A stretch of 63,200 bases of DNA, filler included, from Octopus bimaculoides (GCF_001194135.2; 5 parts of 5 records of this genome joined end to end with filler, not necessarily neighbours in it); one strand, 5' to 3'. Shown: positions 12,471 to 26,998, counted from the first letter of the whole stretch. A program made the numbers and translations. Notes: generated by a model not told the origin, from the letters alone.

Positions 12471-15100
12471 TTATATATATATATATATATNNNNNNNNNN
12501 NNNNNNNNNNNNNNNNNNNNNNNNNNNNNNNNNNNNNNNNNNNNNNNNNNNNNNNNNNNNNNNNNNNNNNNNNNNNNNNNNNNNNNNNNNNNNNNNNNNN
12601 NNNNNNNNNNNNNNNNNNNNNNNNNNNNNNNNNNNNNNNNNNNNNNNNNNNNNNNNNNNNNNNNNNNNNNNNNNNNNNNNNNNNNNNNNNNNNNNNNNNN
12701 NNNNNNNNNNNNNNNNNNNNNNNNNNNNNNNNNNNNNNNNNNNNNNNNNNNNNNNNNNNNNNNNNNNNNNNNNNNNNNNNNNNNNNNNNNNNNNNNNNNN
12801 NNNNNNNNNNNNNNNNNNNNNNNNNNNNNNNNNNNNNNNNNNNNNNNNNNNNNNNNNNNNNNNNNNNNNNNNNNNNNNNNNNNNNNNNNNNNNNNNNNNN
12901 NNNNNNNNNNNNNNNNNNNNNNNNNNNNNNNNNNNNNNNNNNNNNNNNNNNNNNNNNNNNNNNNNNNNNNNNNNNNNNNNNNNNNNNNNNNNNNNNNNNN
13001 NNNNNNNNNNNNNNNNNNNNNNNNNNNNNNNNNNNNNNNNNNNNNNNNNNNNNNNNNNNNNNNNNNNNNNNNNNNNNNNNNNNNNNNNNNNNNNNNNNNN
13101 NNNNNNNNNNNNNNNNNNNNNNNNNNNNNNNNNNNNNNNNNNNNNNNNNNNNNNNNNNNNNNNNNNNNNNNNNNNNNNNNNNNNNNNNNNNNNNNNNNNN
13201 NNNNNNNNNNNNNNNNNNNNNNNNNNNNNNNNNNNNTATATATATATATATGTATATATATACATAAACACACGCAAACACACACGTGTGTGTTCATATG
13301 GAAAATATGCAACCACTATACACACCTGTTTTACAAGTCCACAGCAACCATAACCAAGGGTGAATAACTTTGCTTCCATCGGAACTCCACAAGTTTTTAA
13401 ATGCTTCTTTCCATGAAACTTTGCTGCATTCAATTATGTTAGCATCAAAGTATTTCATAGACTTGTGTAATAGCATAGCGCATCTTATGTGACGTCAATG
13501 TCATACAAACTGAGCCAAGAAGGAGAATTTTCAAAGGTTGCTGAACCATCAATGGAATGGGGTTAGGGTTGACTTAAATTAAAGGCACAATACATATGAT
13601 GGGATTTATCATAGGTCTTGTTTTGAGGATTCATCTGAAAACATCTCGAGTGCCACAGGACTGTAAAATGTCACTATAACGTTTCAAAAGTATTGCTCGG
13701 ACTAAAACTATTTTTCTCTTTTCTATGATAGTTTGGCCGCTTTCTGCTTCTAGCTCGACATTACGAGGAAATTGTCCAATGTACGTCGGTGTGTGAGAAG
13801 AAGATTGTTTCCTAATGATGTGGTTTCGGGTTTAGTCTCATTGCATGTCATATTGAGCAAATGCCTTGTACTATAGTCTCAGCCCAACCAAAGCCCTGTG
13901 TGAGGATGTGTTAGACGGAAACTGGAGAAGCCCGTCGTATATATATAGCTGTTGAGTAGCAGTCGAGTAGCAGTTGTGGAGGGGTTGAGTAGAGATCATC
14001 CGAAGGTGTTGGATAGCAGTAGCGTTGAGACATAACAATATATGTGTGTGTGCATGTGTGTGTGTGTATTTATTTATTTATTTATTTACATATGTATATG
14101 TATGCATGCATATATATATATATATATAGATATGTATATATACACATATCTGACATCACACAAGCATGCATACTCGCTTTTGCATATATATTTGTGTATG
14201 CACACTCCAGCCCCTAACATATATGTGTACATTCATTTGTAAGTTTATATAATACATCATACCATTTTTCTTTCAATATTGCTATTGTGCTTCTGTTTTT
14301 TTTTTGTTTTATTTACTATATCAAAGTAAAAACTTTGGTCATTTATATGCACTCTAGTGATGACCTACTTTTCGCTATTAATCTTATGTTTCGTTACATT
14401 TCTGTTAATTTTATTCTGCTTAATGACTTTTCTAATATTTTCTACTTATATATAAATAACCATTATAAATTTCGTACTCTCTTTTATATAATTTTCTTAA
14501 TTATTTTCATTTTAGAGCATTGTCTATATTTTTTACACATCTATACTTATACATTCCTGTGCCTGTGGCTGTTTCCTTCAAAATGTTTTCCCATCTCATT
14601 TCAGCAAAATGAATTATCTATTTCGGATATCTATCTATCTATCTATCTNNNNNNNNNNNNNNNNNNNNNNNNNNNNNNNNNNNNNNNNNNNNNNNNNNNN
14701 NNNNNNNNNNNNNNNNNNNNNNNNNNNNNNNNNNNNNNNNNNNNNNNNNNNNNNNNNNNNNNNNNNNNNNNNNNNNNNNNNNNNNNNNNNNNNNNNNNNN
14801 NNNNNNNNNNNNNNNNNNNNNNNNNNNNNNNNNNNNNNNNNNNNNNNNNNNNNNNNNNNNNNNNNNNNNNNNNNNNNNNNNNNNNNNNNNNNNNNNNNNN
14901 NNNNNNNNNNNNNNNNNNNNNNNNNNNNNNNNNNNNNNNNNNNNNNNNNNNNNNNNNNNNNNNNNNNNNNNNNNNNNNNNNNNNNNNNNNNNNNNNNNNN
15001 NNNNNNNNNNNNNNNNNNNNNNNNNNNNNNNNNNNNNNNNNNNNNNNNNNNNNNNNNNNNNNNNNNNNNNNNNNNNNNNNNNNNNNNNNNNNNNNNNNNN

Positions 15101-15138
<38 letters not shown>

Positions 15139-15186
15139 CATATGCATACATGCATACATACATATATACATATGTACTCATATGTT

Positions 15187-15222
<36 letters not shown>

Positions 15223-17629
15223 AGTGTGTGTGTGTGTGTTCGTTGAAATATGTATATGTGTACATAGCGGTTAAATGTTATAACTTAACTTTTGCATGTA
15301 ACCGCAAGCGTAGATTCATTAACTTTATCAAAGCCTGAGTTATTTATATTGACCAAATAATGTTTGGAGGAAACTAATGCATCAGATGGACTACATTCTT
15401 GACAGAATAAAATAAAAATATATGTGGCGTGCCTCAAGTATTAGACCAGTATTTGTACCTTCAATGTATAAGCATTTAGCAATGAACTTTTTAGATTTTG
15501 TTCAAATATTTACTAACATTAATGAGTTGGGCATTAATGTATTTAATTGTGCGAGAATATGAGTACTGTTTTTAGATCACAAAGCATGTTTTATGTAAAA
15601 GTATGGTTTTTTGGTGTGTGGGGTTTATATATAAAACCCCTAACGTATATTGCTGTTTTTATTGAGAATCTGTTTTGATTACTTCGAGTATTTGTAACCT
15701 TAATAAGTTGTAGATATTAGGAACGATCTCTCTAGATTATATCAGAGAAGGGGATTTGCTTTTACACTGAGAGCTACGTTAACTGATGTTAGTATTGGGG
15801 ACAATGTAGTGAGACGAATAATAAGCGAGCAACACTAAAAATCCGAAAGAAAAATGAGTTTATACACGTAGGTAACTAAATCATCTGTTTAGCATTTTCA
15901 GTATCTTACGTGACAACTTTGTAAAGCGACATCGTACTATGAAGGTGATTTCGTTCGAATAATGCGACAGATGTGTTCTTATTAATGTAATTAGAATTAT
16001 TGAATTCACGAATACGTGAAAATCTCTGAGAACACTAGAAGTTTAGAAAAAGGGACCACACCCGCCACGAAAAACAAAAAAAAAACATCTAGGGAGGAAT
16101 AAAGTAGAAACAGACGGTTTTTTTTTATTAACCATTATTTAATATAAATCCTGAATATTTCGGGTTGGTATAGATATGGCAAAATATTAAGTGGGAAATG
16201 TATGCTTAGATTTTTCAAAAGAGAAACACTATCTTTAAGGCATGAGTTTCCATATTCCTACAATGTTGTTCACATGTAACGGACTCGACTCAATTATTTG
16301 ATATCTTGTGATATTTTAATGATATCAATATGAATGGTTTCTTATCATCCTAGCACCCTTCCTAGCAGACAGCACTCTAAGGAGATCAAACTCTCCCAAT
16401 TTTACTTCTCCCTGTTTTTGTTATATTGCACCGCGCACAAAATGTCTTTGAATCGGAAAATATGTATCATATCCTGTTGTCATATTATTAAGGAATAAAC
16501 TGCCGCTTACTAATTGTGAAACCACTTAGGCATTTCTATTCATAAATATTAAATAATTAGTTTTTTCTTAATTGTAGTTTTTACCCGTTTGCAATAATTA
16601 TCATTTACAATATTTTTTATATATATATNNNNNNNNNNNNNNNNNNNNNNNNNNNNNNNNNNNNTAATCATAAATATGATGATAATTGGTTTTACCGATA
16701 AAGGTACTTATTTAATCGATCCCGAAAGGATGGAAAGCAAATTTGACCTCGGCGGAATTTGAACTCAGAATGTAACGGCAGACGAAATACCGTTAAGAAT
16801 TTCGCCCGGCGTGCTAACTACTCAGCCAGCTTGCTGCCTTGCATAAGCACACACTTATACACAGAAACTAAAACCTGGGTAATGTCCTGACTCAGACATA
16901 CAGACCTCTAACAGACATACAAATATTTATACCTAATCAATAAATGGAAATACCCTATGCAACAATGGTTTAAAGCATTTGAATGACTTTCTTTTCTGCC
17001 CCTTTCTTGAGAGAAAGAAAGGAACATTCACGAAAATATTGGATTCACAGACATTTGTAGTTAAGATATCCTGTCTGTATTTTGTTGTATATTATTTTAT
17101 AGAAATCTAATAACATAAGAAAACAACACCTTGTCCAGTTTGTTGATAATTGCCTCTGTTTCTCTCTGCTAGGGGGCCTAGCTTTGTGCATTACCGTTGT
17201 CTTTTCTCCAGTGATTACTTGATGAAATGTATAAATTGTTGAGTAAAGGAAGGTGGACTTCCTTTTAGTGCATTGCTCACACAATCGTAACACACTGGTT
17301 TCAATTCCTAGACAGGGTAGTGCTTTGTATCCTTGACCAAAATACTTGATTTCTCGATAGTCTTATCTGCTCATCAGCAAATAAATAGTCCTACGTCTAA
17401 CATGTCTCCAGTTAAGAGGAAAACGCCTCCATATTAGCCGGCTTTATGAACCCAAGGTCTCGGCACTGTACTTTAGTAGATGCTGATAACCTCATTCTTA
17501 TAAAGTCAATGTGGCGTCTACTGAAGCGACAGCTTTGTAACAACATACTATTTAGAAGTAAGCGGAGCAAACGTCTGGCGTGTTATTTTTCAATGTGGAT
17601 GTTACTGCCATTATTTTCGCTGTTGTTGC

Positions 17630-17830
17630 TATCACTGACGTCGTTAGCACTGCTTAAAAAGACAACAAAAGTAGACCGCGTTTGTCGTGGATATAGTGCG
17701 GACAGCGTTATTGAAATTGCTGCAGCTGCAGTTGCCATTAGCAACCGAACTTTTGTTCTGTTCTGACGTAATAGATCATTAATAGATCATTATGTGACGT
17801 CAATGAAATCGGTAACCATGGGAATGACAG
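17630..17830. promoter_or_regulatory. Candidate promoter/enhancer with an RFX X-box and CRE sites
   Basis: GTTGCCATTAGCAAC (17731-17745) fits the X-box consensus GTNRCC-N0-3-RGYAAC. Also present: palindromic CRE TGACGTCA (17795-17802), TGACGTCG (17636), TGACGTA (17764) and a second X-box-like GGTAACCATGGGAAT (about 17811). The stretch is repeat-free and relatively GC-rich. Confidence 0.5.
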
Positions 17831-18439
17831 CTGTAATTCAAATGCCGCAAGCATTTAACGAAAAGTAACTGGTGACCGAGAAGCTGTTGCTTTTTCACCT
17901 TCCTCTTAGAGTTCTCTCTCCAATTCTCTCTTTCTCTGTTCAAGTATAATCATCACGCCTGCTGTGACCCACAGAAATTCCACGTTTAATTTTTTTTTTT
18001 TATTTCTATATCGATGTATAAATTAATAGATTCACATAACACTGCTCTTTTCAATTATATAGTTTCAATTTGTCTTTTGACTGTGTTCGATATTTTTGGC
18101 TTCGTTAAAGTGCAACATTCGAGTAAATGGTCTTGACAAATATAAAATTTATAGAATTTCGCCAGTAGATCGAATATTCTTTCTTCTAAATAAAGGTGAA
18201 TTCTCTTCAGATCAACTTTTTTTTTTCTTTTCAATAATATTGAAAATAATTTATTGACCGTGCTATTTCATGTACGATATGTATATTGGCACAATTGTGA
18301 GGTCACACGTATGTTTACAGGTATTTTCAGCATTCCGAAATCGCTGATCTTAGGCGAATCGTTTCTGTTTCAATTTCCGTTTTATGATTATTTCTGTTTC
18401 TACAACTCTATGTCGGATATTTTCCTCCACATAAATTGC

Positions 18440-18533
<94 letters not shown>

Positions 18534-18559
18534 TCTTTTTTTTTTCTAGTTTTAGTTTT

Positions 18560-18835
18560 AATCTGCATCTTTGTTACAGTTACTTGCCTAGTCACACCTG
18601 GCTTCCTAGGGTGAGTGAAGGATAACAGATGTTACAGTTTGCTTGAAAGCTTGGAGAGGGGAGTTAGTGAAATATATTCATGTAAAACAACACAGACATG
18701 TCAATGGATAGGATTTTTCTAAGGATGTGGGCAGTATTTGTCAGCGCAATCTTTTGGATTTCTTTGAGACATGGTTCTCCTGGGAACTTATCTAGATGTT
18801 TCTGACGTACCTTTTTTTTATCAAACCTAGGCACC

Positions 18836-18914
<79 letters not shown>

Positions 18915-20200
18915 GTACGCTCCTGAACTGCAGATAATATATTATGTGAGTTGTGCTATCGAATTGAAAAAATCTCACGTGGCGTGGAGGATCATACCAG
19001 CAGTCATAATGATTTGTTTGTTTAGATCTATAAAAGTCATTTTCGTCCACTTTTTCTTCTTCTTGTTATCATAGAGTCCTAACACATTATACATACATAG
19101 ACTTCTACTTTCTTTCTACCTAAGGAGCTCATTTCCATTGTAAGTCTCATAAGATGCATTTACTTTATTGGTTTCTCCATTTCCTTGCTTGTGATGTCTT
19201 CAAGAATAGATTATCAAAATGTTTGTCGGACTGGAGGTTCTTAAGTTGGTGTTGCTAATAATTATATCCATATAGATTATTTTGATAACATTGATAATCC
19301 GAAAACGCTTTTCCTTAATTAGTGCAGCAAAGGTCATATTATCTAACAGAAATAGTTGGCAACTCAATCATATTTATAGATACACTCACTCTGAATTTCG
19401 AAGGATTGGACAGTGAAAAGTGATTTGTCATCATTTATCTCATCACGTTGCTAGACTTTTCTGCACTTGATATCAACCGCTTGTTCATTATTTTATTTTT
19501 ATGTTAACATCAGCTAGTAATCTCCTGCTGTTACAATGAGACATTATATTTTCGTTTTCAGACTGATCTTTCAGTTTGCTTTATATAATTCCATAGGAAT
19601 TTTGCAATCATTTGGTCATTCAGTGGATTTCAAATAGTAATTTCATAAGTGTACTCAGGAAGTATGTTCTGATTTGCTCTCTCTTCTATTCTCGTTTAAG
19701 TTTGAATTTATTTCCTGCTAGAGGTAGAAATATGTTTTATATTTTCTTTGTGATTCGTTTTAATCTACTCAGCTGCTATTGCTTAGAATCTACTTATTTT
19801 TGTCTAGTAGACACTTTTATTAAATTGTTAGCCATTGTATATTGATATCAGTTACCGCGTTTTCCGTCGTCGAAGAAAACTTTTTCTTTCTTTTTTCCAA
19901 GTCCTTCAGTTTATCTATGTACCAATTCATCACTTTAAAGCTATCGATTACAGCAGGAACATATTCATATCTGTCATTTCTAGCATTAAGATCAGATTTT
20001 CATAGTTGTCTACCTCTTCTGTAGATCTCTCACACAAATTTCTTGCACCTTTCTATGTCTTGTAAGATATTTATTTCTCCTAGCTATAATTATATGTATC
20101 ACTTTGTCTCTTTTCACCCTGCGATTTCAAACTCAGCTTAAACAAAATATTCTCAGTTTGAGTCATATTAATTCGTGGTCTGATTTTAATACGAATTACT
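18560..20200 (-). mobile_element. Old R4/Dong-like LINE relic
   Basis: Degenerate fragments such as SDLNARN...VPAVIDSFKVMNW and an RKEGR-like motif on the minus strand. Confidence 0.45.
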
Positions 20201-20479
20201 TATCCCATACACATTCTGAAATCCTGGTTAAATCGATGAACTTTCTTTAAATAAGTTCATTTATTATATTGTCGATTGTACTTTAAACTGTTTTTCTGCA
20301 GAGCCACTGATTTATATTTTGCCTGTAACATTTTGTATAACTTATGGTTAAGTTGAAATGATCTGTTAATAGCGGATATACTCGTATAGAGAGGTTTGGT
20401 AACATGGAAATTCCTTATAGAATTTCTTTTATCGTTTATCATTCTTATTAATCTCCAGAAATTAAATAAAAGATTCCAG

Positions 20480-20518
20480 GTGAAAATGGATGATTGCCAT
20501 TTAAAGATCTGAGATAAG
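20480..20518 (+). other. Candidate non-coding (5'UTR-type) exon
   Basis: ttccag|GTG...GATAAG|gtaagt, a perfect donor; all three frames contain a stop. An alternative acceptor lies at 20458. Confidence 0.4.
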
Positions 20519-23500
20519 GTAAGTTAATCCCATGTATTTCTATAAAGTTTTTTTATTGATATAAGTGAATAATATATAAACAATAATTTTTCATGTAAAT
20601 TGAGTTCATGTGTTGCAAATGCTATGAATATTAAGCACAAGCTTCAACAGTTTGACAATTTTAAAGGATGTAATGGCATATATTCGTGAACCGCTTCACC
20701 TCTAATTTACATCTGTTAGCCCATTATAGAAGAAAGATGACATAAAATGTGTTGAATATGTTTAAATCTTCTATGCAAAAGCATCAAACACCCAGGACAA
20801 GTCTTCAATTCTTTGCATGCATCGGATTGCAATGGAGGCCAATATACAAAGCTTCTAATATTTCTCTGTTAGTTTCTACTTCGAAAAATAAGAGAAACAA
20901 ATTAATTGGTTCCAGTTTTGGCAAACGTCAGCAGATTTATGGGAGGCCGAGCCGATTACATCGACTAGTACTTAGTATATCAATCCTCAATGATAAAAGA
21001 AAAAGTCAACTTGAGCGACATTGTACGCTAGCGAATGCGGAATATCCAGACAAAGAAATACACGGTCTCAAATCAAAACACCGTCTGGAAAGTTACGTAT
21101 AATTAGTAGCGTGATAAAGGGAACACCTCAGACATAAAATTTTGTCAAAAATAATTTGGTAACTTTGTATCTTCCCGCTCACTTTATGGAATCTCTAAAT
21201 AATTATAATTTCGAATCAAGTCCTATATTAAAACGTAACCAAATCAGTCTCAGTTAAGTAAGAAATAAAGAAGAAAATGGATGAAAATACCATATCTTAA
21301 ATTGTAAGCGTTCCATTTCTGAGAAAATAATTAAAATTTTCTACAAAATTACAACCGATAAAATAATAAGGATATCGATTTTTACACCGAGCTGACTTTG
21401 GCATAAATGATATTGATAATAATCTTTTCTACTCTAGGCACAAGAAAATTGAATCCGGTTCCTTAAAATTAACATCTTCATCACTTAAATCGGCACAATA
21501 TTTTGTAGCTCATATTTTTGACAAGGTTGTCACCATACAATTTTTCTCATAGAGCTCTTTCATCTGAAGTAAATCTCGAACTCAGAAGAATGGCTGTGAA
21601 AACAGCTTAGAAGATTGGCTAAATACCTTTACAAAAGGAGGAAAAACGTAGAAGTAACCAGCAAGCCTCTACAGAGTATTGACACCAGTCCTCTCGACCT
21701 CCAGTTAAGCACTTAGTACCATCACAACATATCATCTGTAATCCTGATTGTCTTCAAATTACAAAACTATTTTGATTTGTTAAATTAATAAAATTTTTCG
21801 TCATTTAAAACTGCAGCATTTTTGTAGTGAACAGATTTTTTCACCATACGATTCATCTCATACAGCTCTACTATAGTTTTCGTCTACAATAACTGAGTGG
21901 TTTTGGGGGTTACTTACACGTTTGTCGTCAATTAAAGAAACCACACACGACTTTTTTGGCAGCTAATAATATTTAACGAGTTTTTCGCCAAAAGATACTT
22001 CTCCATGAGAACATCCAATTAATCTGTAATTTTCTTTTAAAATAACTGAAGTATTTTGATTCAGAGTTAATTTTTCACCTTACTTTCCCATTTGTGATTT
22101 CACGTATTTTGACGCATCTTTTCTTTTAATGAACTCAATTTCAAAACTTTTATCTCAAAACGTGACTTATGACCGGAAGATCATGGCTAAAAACAGCATT
22201 CACTTTGGTTGCGTACTGAATTAGTGACGAAGCTTATATTTGATAACGTGTAACTAAAAGTTGACATCAATATAATTAACCTACTGCCGTGGGTGAATGA
22301 TAAGAGACAATGTTTTTTGCTTGAACTGAAGATACGTTTTTAACAATTTGTTAATTGATCGATCTTCACACACCAAACAATTTATATAGGTATGCATCTT
22401 CATTTCTAATTTACTTCATCTCCTTCTTGCTCCTTTTCGTTTTCATTATCCTTTCTCTATTTGACTATTGCTGTATGTCAATATATCTTATCTGCAAATA
22501 CATACGTTGTAGAATAAATTCTGTATATTTTCATCGAAATACTATATACTTTAATAGGTTCTATATGCACTTGTGTACTGAAGAACAGCAGATATAAATA
22601 CAGTGGAGATTAATTTTACTAACTAACGATTCTATTTTAAAATTTAATCCTGATAAACATGGTTATTGCCTTTAAAAATAATACTTTATCAGCTAATAAT
22701 GTTATTCAAATATTCATGAGTGTAAAATTTAAAACTTTTGTTTTATGTTTAGATTTATGTATATAAATTATGCATCTGTATACTAATACCTCTATTTTAC
22801 GAAGAAACATATTGTTATTTTGTTTATATCTGCAGGGAATTTTTAAATTACAAAAAATTACATTTAGAGGATAGGTTTTTCTTTTTACATATGATACGTA
22901 TTGAATGTTATCGCGTGTAATGTTTCTACGTGCATAATGGATGCATTTGTTTTTTGTTCATAAATTTTCTTTATAATAATGTCATATCATATCAGGAACG
23001 TAGTTTAGAATGGAAATATATTATTATGAAAGTACAGTATCCGCTAATAGAATGTAGCTACAGGGTGCCTCATCTTTCAGTGGCATTTGATTGTGAAATA
23101 TTTTCAAATGCTGTTTTACTATATGATTATAATCAGTGTTCCTTTTTTTATTTCTCCCAGTGATTGTTCTAATATATATATATAGACATTTCACTTATTC
23201 AATATTTGATTTGCTTCTCATAGCAAAACAGTTTTATCGAGATGTGTCAAATATCAGTGATAAACGTGAAGACAATTGTACTAAAAATCAGTCACATTCC
23301 CCAAAGTCGTTCTTTATATATGTTCTAATAACTTCATATCGTGTGTTAGAATGTTTTTTTTCTTTATTTCAGTACATTCCACCCAGATATTTTATAGTAC
23401 TAACATTAGTAATTGTGTTATTTAGATAGAAATTGTATTTACAAAATATTGTACGCACAATGTATTCCCATGTCCTACACATTTCCTGAGCCAGGCGATG

Positions 23501-23892
23501 CGTTGTGTTCATGAACAAAGCACTGAATTTAACGTTGCTCAAGTCCAGCTAAAAAATGTGTATTCCCTTGACGAACGGCATTCCGTCCAGTCGGTGGAGG
23601 TATATACGCTACAGAATCCGGTAATCCGGCCTTATGAGCCTCTGGATCGAGATGAACCTTTGCACATATTTTAAAATATATTTATTTCAAGTAATTCATT
23701 TTCCTATTAATATAGATAATGAAATTGTTTCCGGAAATAAAAAAAAAGATAGTAAAGAAAGCGATCTGTTGTGCCCTTAACATAATACAATACACTAAAG
23801 TCTGCGGGATAACAAAAGGGTGTGAATATATTTATATTCGTATCTTCCAGGATTTAAAAACATAGGGAAGCAAACAACATATAACGTATTTA

Positions 23893-24290
23893 GTGTCTCC
23901 TTTGGAACACAAAACATTTGAGACTTCAACATCTGCTAACACACTAAAAATCTCAAAACGGTGCCTCAATCGAGTACTTATGTCACAACTGATAGAGTCC
24001 TGCTGCAGCGCAGTGAAGCATGCTGGACCACATCCTAATGTCACACTAGTTCCGTTCGTTGATCTCCATGCATGCAATTGTCGCCAATTGCTTGCTCCTG
24101 CTCAAGTTTAGCTGGTCAATGAAGATACATTTCGTTGGCTGCGTGAATACCTGAAGCAAACGTGTGAACACTTAAACTGAAATATCCATTGTGGGACATA
24201 AATTTATATTGTTGGCTATTTACAATCAACAATATAGTGCCCGCTGAGACAAAGAGAAACATCGCGCCGGGTCCGTAAAGGTTACTTAAG
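23893..24290 (+). mobile_element. Probable Mutator/FAR1-like (MULE) transposase relic
   Basis: Reading through the TAG at 24109 gives LVPFVDLHACNCRQLLAPAQV*LVNEDTFRWLREYLKQ, which aligns by eye with the MULE/FAR1 motif FAPFVGVNHH.Q.ILLGCALL.DET.ESF.WLF..FL. Confidence 0.45.
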
Positions 24291-25183
24291 AGACATTGTG
24301 TGAATTTTCAAATTGGGTCTGTCCGACAGCCTAGAATCAGCGTTAATATCCAGCATCGCTGCATATGGAGGCGGGATTCTGTATAACGGAAGTCAGTAAA
24401 CCATAAAAAGCAAATAATCGAATTTAAAAATGTATCTCTCATTTGGTTATGAATTAGAGACCGTTGAATAATTTAAAACTATCTTAATACGTGTATTGAC
24501 AGATTTCCTGTATGAATGATTCATTAACAATACAGAAAATTTTGTCACTACAGTTATTTTCTTTTCACACCGTATTTGTAGCCCGTGAATAGCCCTATTT
24601 GTATATATAAACCTGCTATGCTTGATCCACTCAGCCTGTCACTAATGTCTTCCTGTACCCAACCGTTTTCCCTTCAAAAAACTAGAATTGTTAATGTAGT
24701 TATCGAAAGAGGAACAATAAATTTACTAAAATATATTTATTTTATGACTAAAAAGGGAATATTTTATACTTATGTGCAGGTGTCAAATAAATGATCTAAG
24801 TGATATGCAGACTTCCTTTGTCTCTCACCCACTGCGAAAAGTGCATTTTATCCTTTTTTTTTTTACTTCCTCTTAGTCATTTTACTGCGGCCATGCTGGA
24901 ACACCGCCTTAGTCGAGCAAATCAACTCCAGGACTTATGCTTTGTAAGCCTATTCTTTCGGTCTCTTTTGCTAAACCACTAAGTTACGGGAACGTAAACA
25001 CACCAGCATTGGTTGCCAAGCGATGTGGGGGACAAACACAGACACTCAAATATATACACACTTATACATATGCATATATATATATATATATAAATATATA
25101 TAAATACATATATATACATATAAATATATATATACATATATATACATGCATATATACATACACACACACATACACACACACAT

Positions 25184-25235
<52 letters not shown>

Positions 25236-25267
25236 GTATATATATACATATATAAACAATATATAAG

Positions 25268-25304
<37 letters not shown>

Positions 25305-26998
25305 CTATACATATACATACATATATGCTTACACATACATACTTCATATATATATATATGTGTTTATATAAGTTTGTGTGTTTGTTTGTGTGTGTGTGCG
25401 TGTGTGTGCGTATGCATTCAAGCACACAACAAATCCGTCAATTATACTTTATAATTCTATTAACTCGAGCATATTAGCCCTCCTTCGGAAACTTTGGAAC
25501 AGTTTAATATGTAAATGTACTTGTCACTAAATCCAAAATGTAATGGCATTTCATGGTAAGGAATACATTATTATCTTGAGACAATGCTTTATACGACAGT
25601 GTTCTCTATAGAAATCAAATCCATAGCATCACATGATACATGAATAATTATAAAATAAATACAATACCATCCGAATGGTGTAAAATCAATGCAGTAATAT
25701 ATGAGTTAGATTAGCATGAAGTGTTTACGTATACTATATCGGGCCGGTGTAAAATCTATGGCCGAAGAAGTTAAAAACTACGACACCGTGGTTGGTAAAT
25801 TTGAAAAGAATTTCCTATTTCTTTATTGCCCACAAGGGGAAAAACAAGGACAGACAAAGGGATTTAGTCGATTATATCGACCCCCGTTTCCGTTTGAAGT
25901 GTACTATTGGGACCGTATCGGTGTTACAGAGTCCACAAATTCTGTAAGTTTAATGCGGTAGAATTAATCCGAGAGGATTGATAAAGTGTCTGTCAATATT
26001 AATGTAATCAGGTGAATTTCTCCATCTGAATGTGCACGATGGCACCAGTAAAAGACTTCAAAATCAGTTATTTGTACGAGAAATAAAACCACAATTATTT
26101 AGTTCTTTAACTTGAAATCTCAAAAGAAAATTATAAAAACGTATATCGAAAATATTTCGTAAGAAAGTTAACTTGCATAAATAAAATCAATTAACATTTC
26201 TCATGAGAAAGATGTTTTGCCAGAAAAAAGAAAAGCAAAACTGTGCGAACAGATGATCACGTACAAAGAATTTAGTTCCTTATAGACTATAATTAATATA
26301 GATTATCAGTAGATGTGTAAAGCGCTGAGCGCATGTTAATCTAGTCACTTTGAGGAGATTGTATAGGCACGTTCTAAATTAAAAGTTCAGTCTGTGTCAT
26401 ATTTGGTTTATTCTTGAGAACAATCAATTGATGATAATATCTAACGTAGCTCATCAATGGTCTATAATTACTTCGAAAAACAAACGTTTATTGCTGGTGT
26501 AATGCAATAGATGAAAATTTTAATCAGAAATGAGGACACGTGTTTTGGACAAAGTTGAATGCTTGACATTTTATAACTTGTGCATATTGTTATTTTTATG
26601 CATGTACTTTAATATTTGCCGAGGTATTATCATAGAAAAGATGGAGCAAAAAAAAATTACATTTATATAAAATTAGTCAATCATATAATCGATAATGTTA
26701 AGGAATATAAGTAAGGTATGAACATACATGACTACACGAGACAAATATGTATTTACATTCTCTAGACCTCTAACAGAAACTTAACAACAATTATTAGCTA
26801 TTATTGTATTCAATAACTCAATAAATCTGTATTACATACACCCCAAAAAGTTGTGTTCACTCTCTGTCTCCCTATCTACCAATCGAGCTCTTCCTGTTAT
26901 CTCATACTCTCTCATACTCACCCACTCGCTCACTCACTGACTCACTTTCTCTAGCTCTCTCATTCTCTCTCTCTATCTCTTTCTCTCTCTCAACTAAG

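Noticed and set aside
1664-15265. Long ORFs of 170-380 aa in the ORF track (also near 34.2, 36.9, 45.2, 56.1 and 59.3 kb)
   Set aside because: They are open only because they run through N gaps and microsatellites.
18254-19074. Poly-Tyr, poly-Ile and poly-Leu ORFs (also 27593-28017 and 55800-56048) and YI/CV/HT-repeat ORFs throughout
   Set aside because: They are translations of (AAT)n, (TA)n and (CA)n microsatellites.
23893-24111. Possible second IL-17 or TGF-beta-like cystine-knot exon (CC...HACNCR)
   Set aside because: The cysteine spacing is too short for a knot, nucleotide similarity to the IL-17 exon is negligible, and the read-through fits a MULE transposase better.
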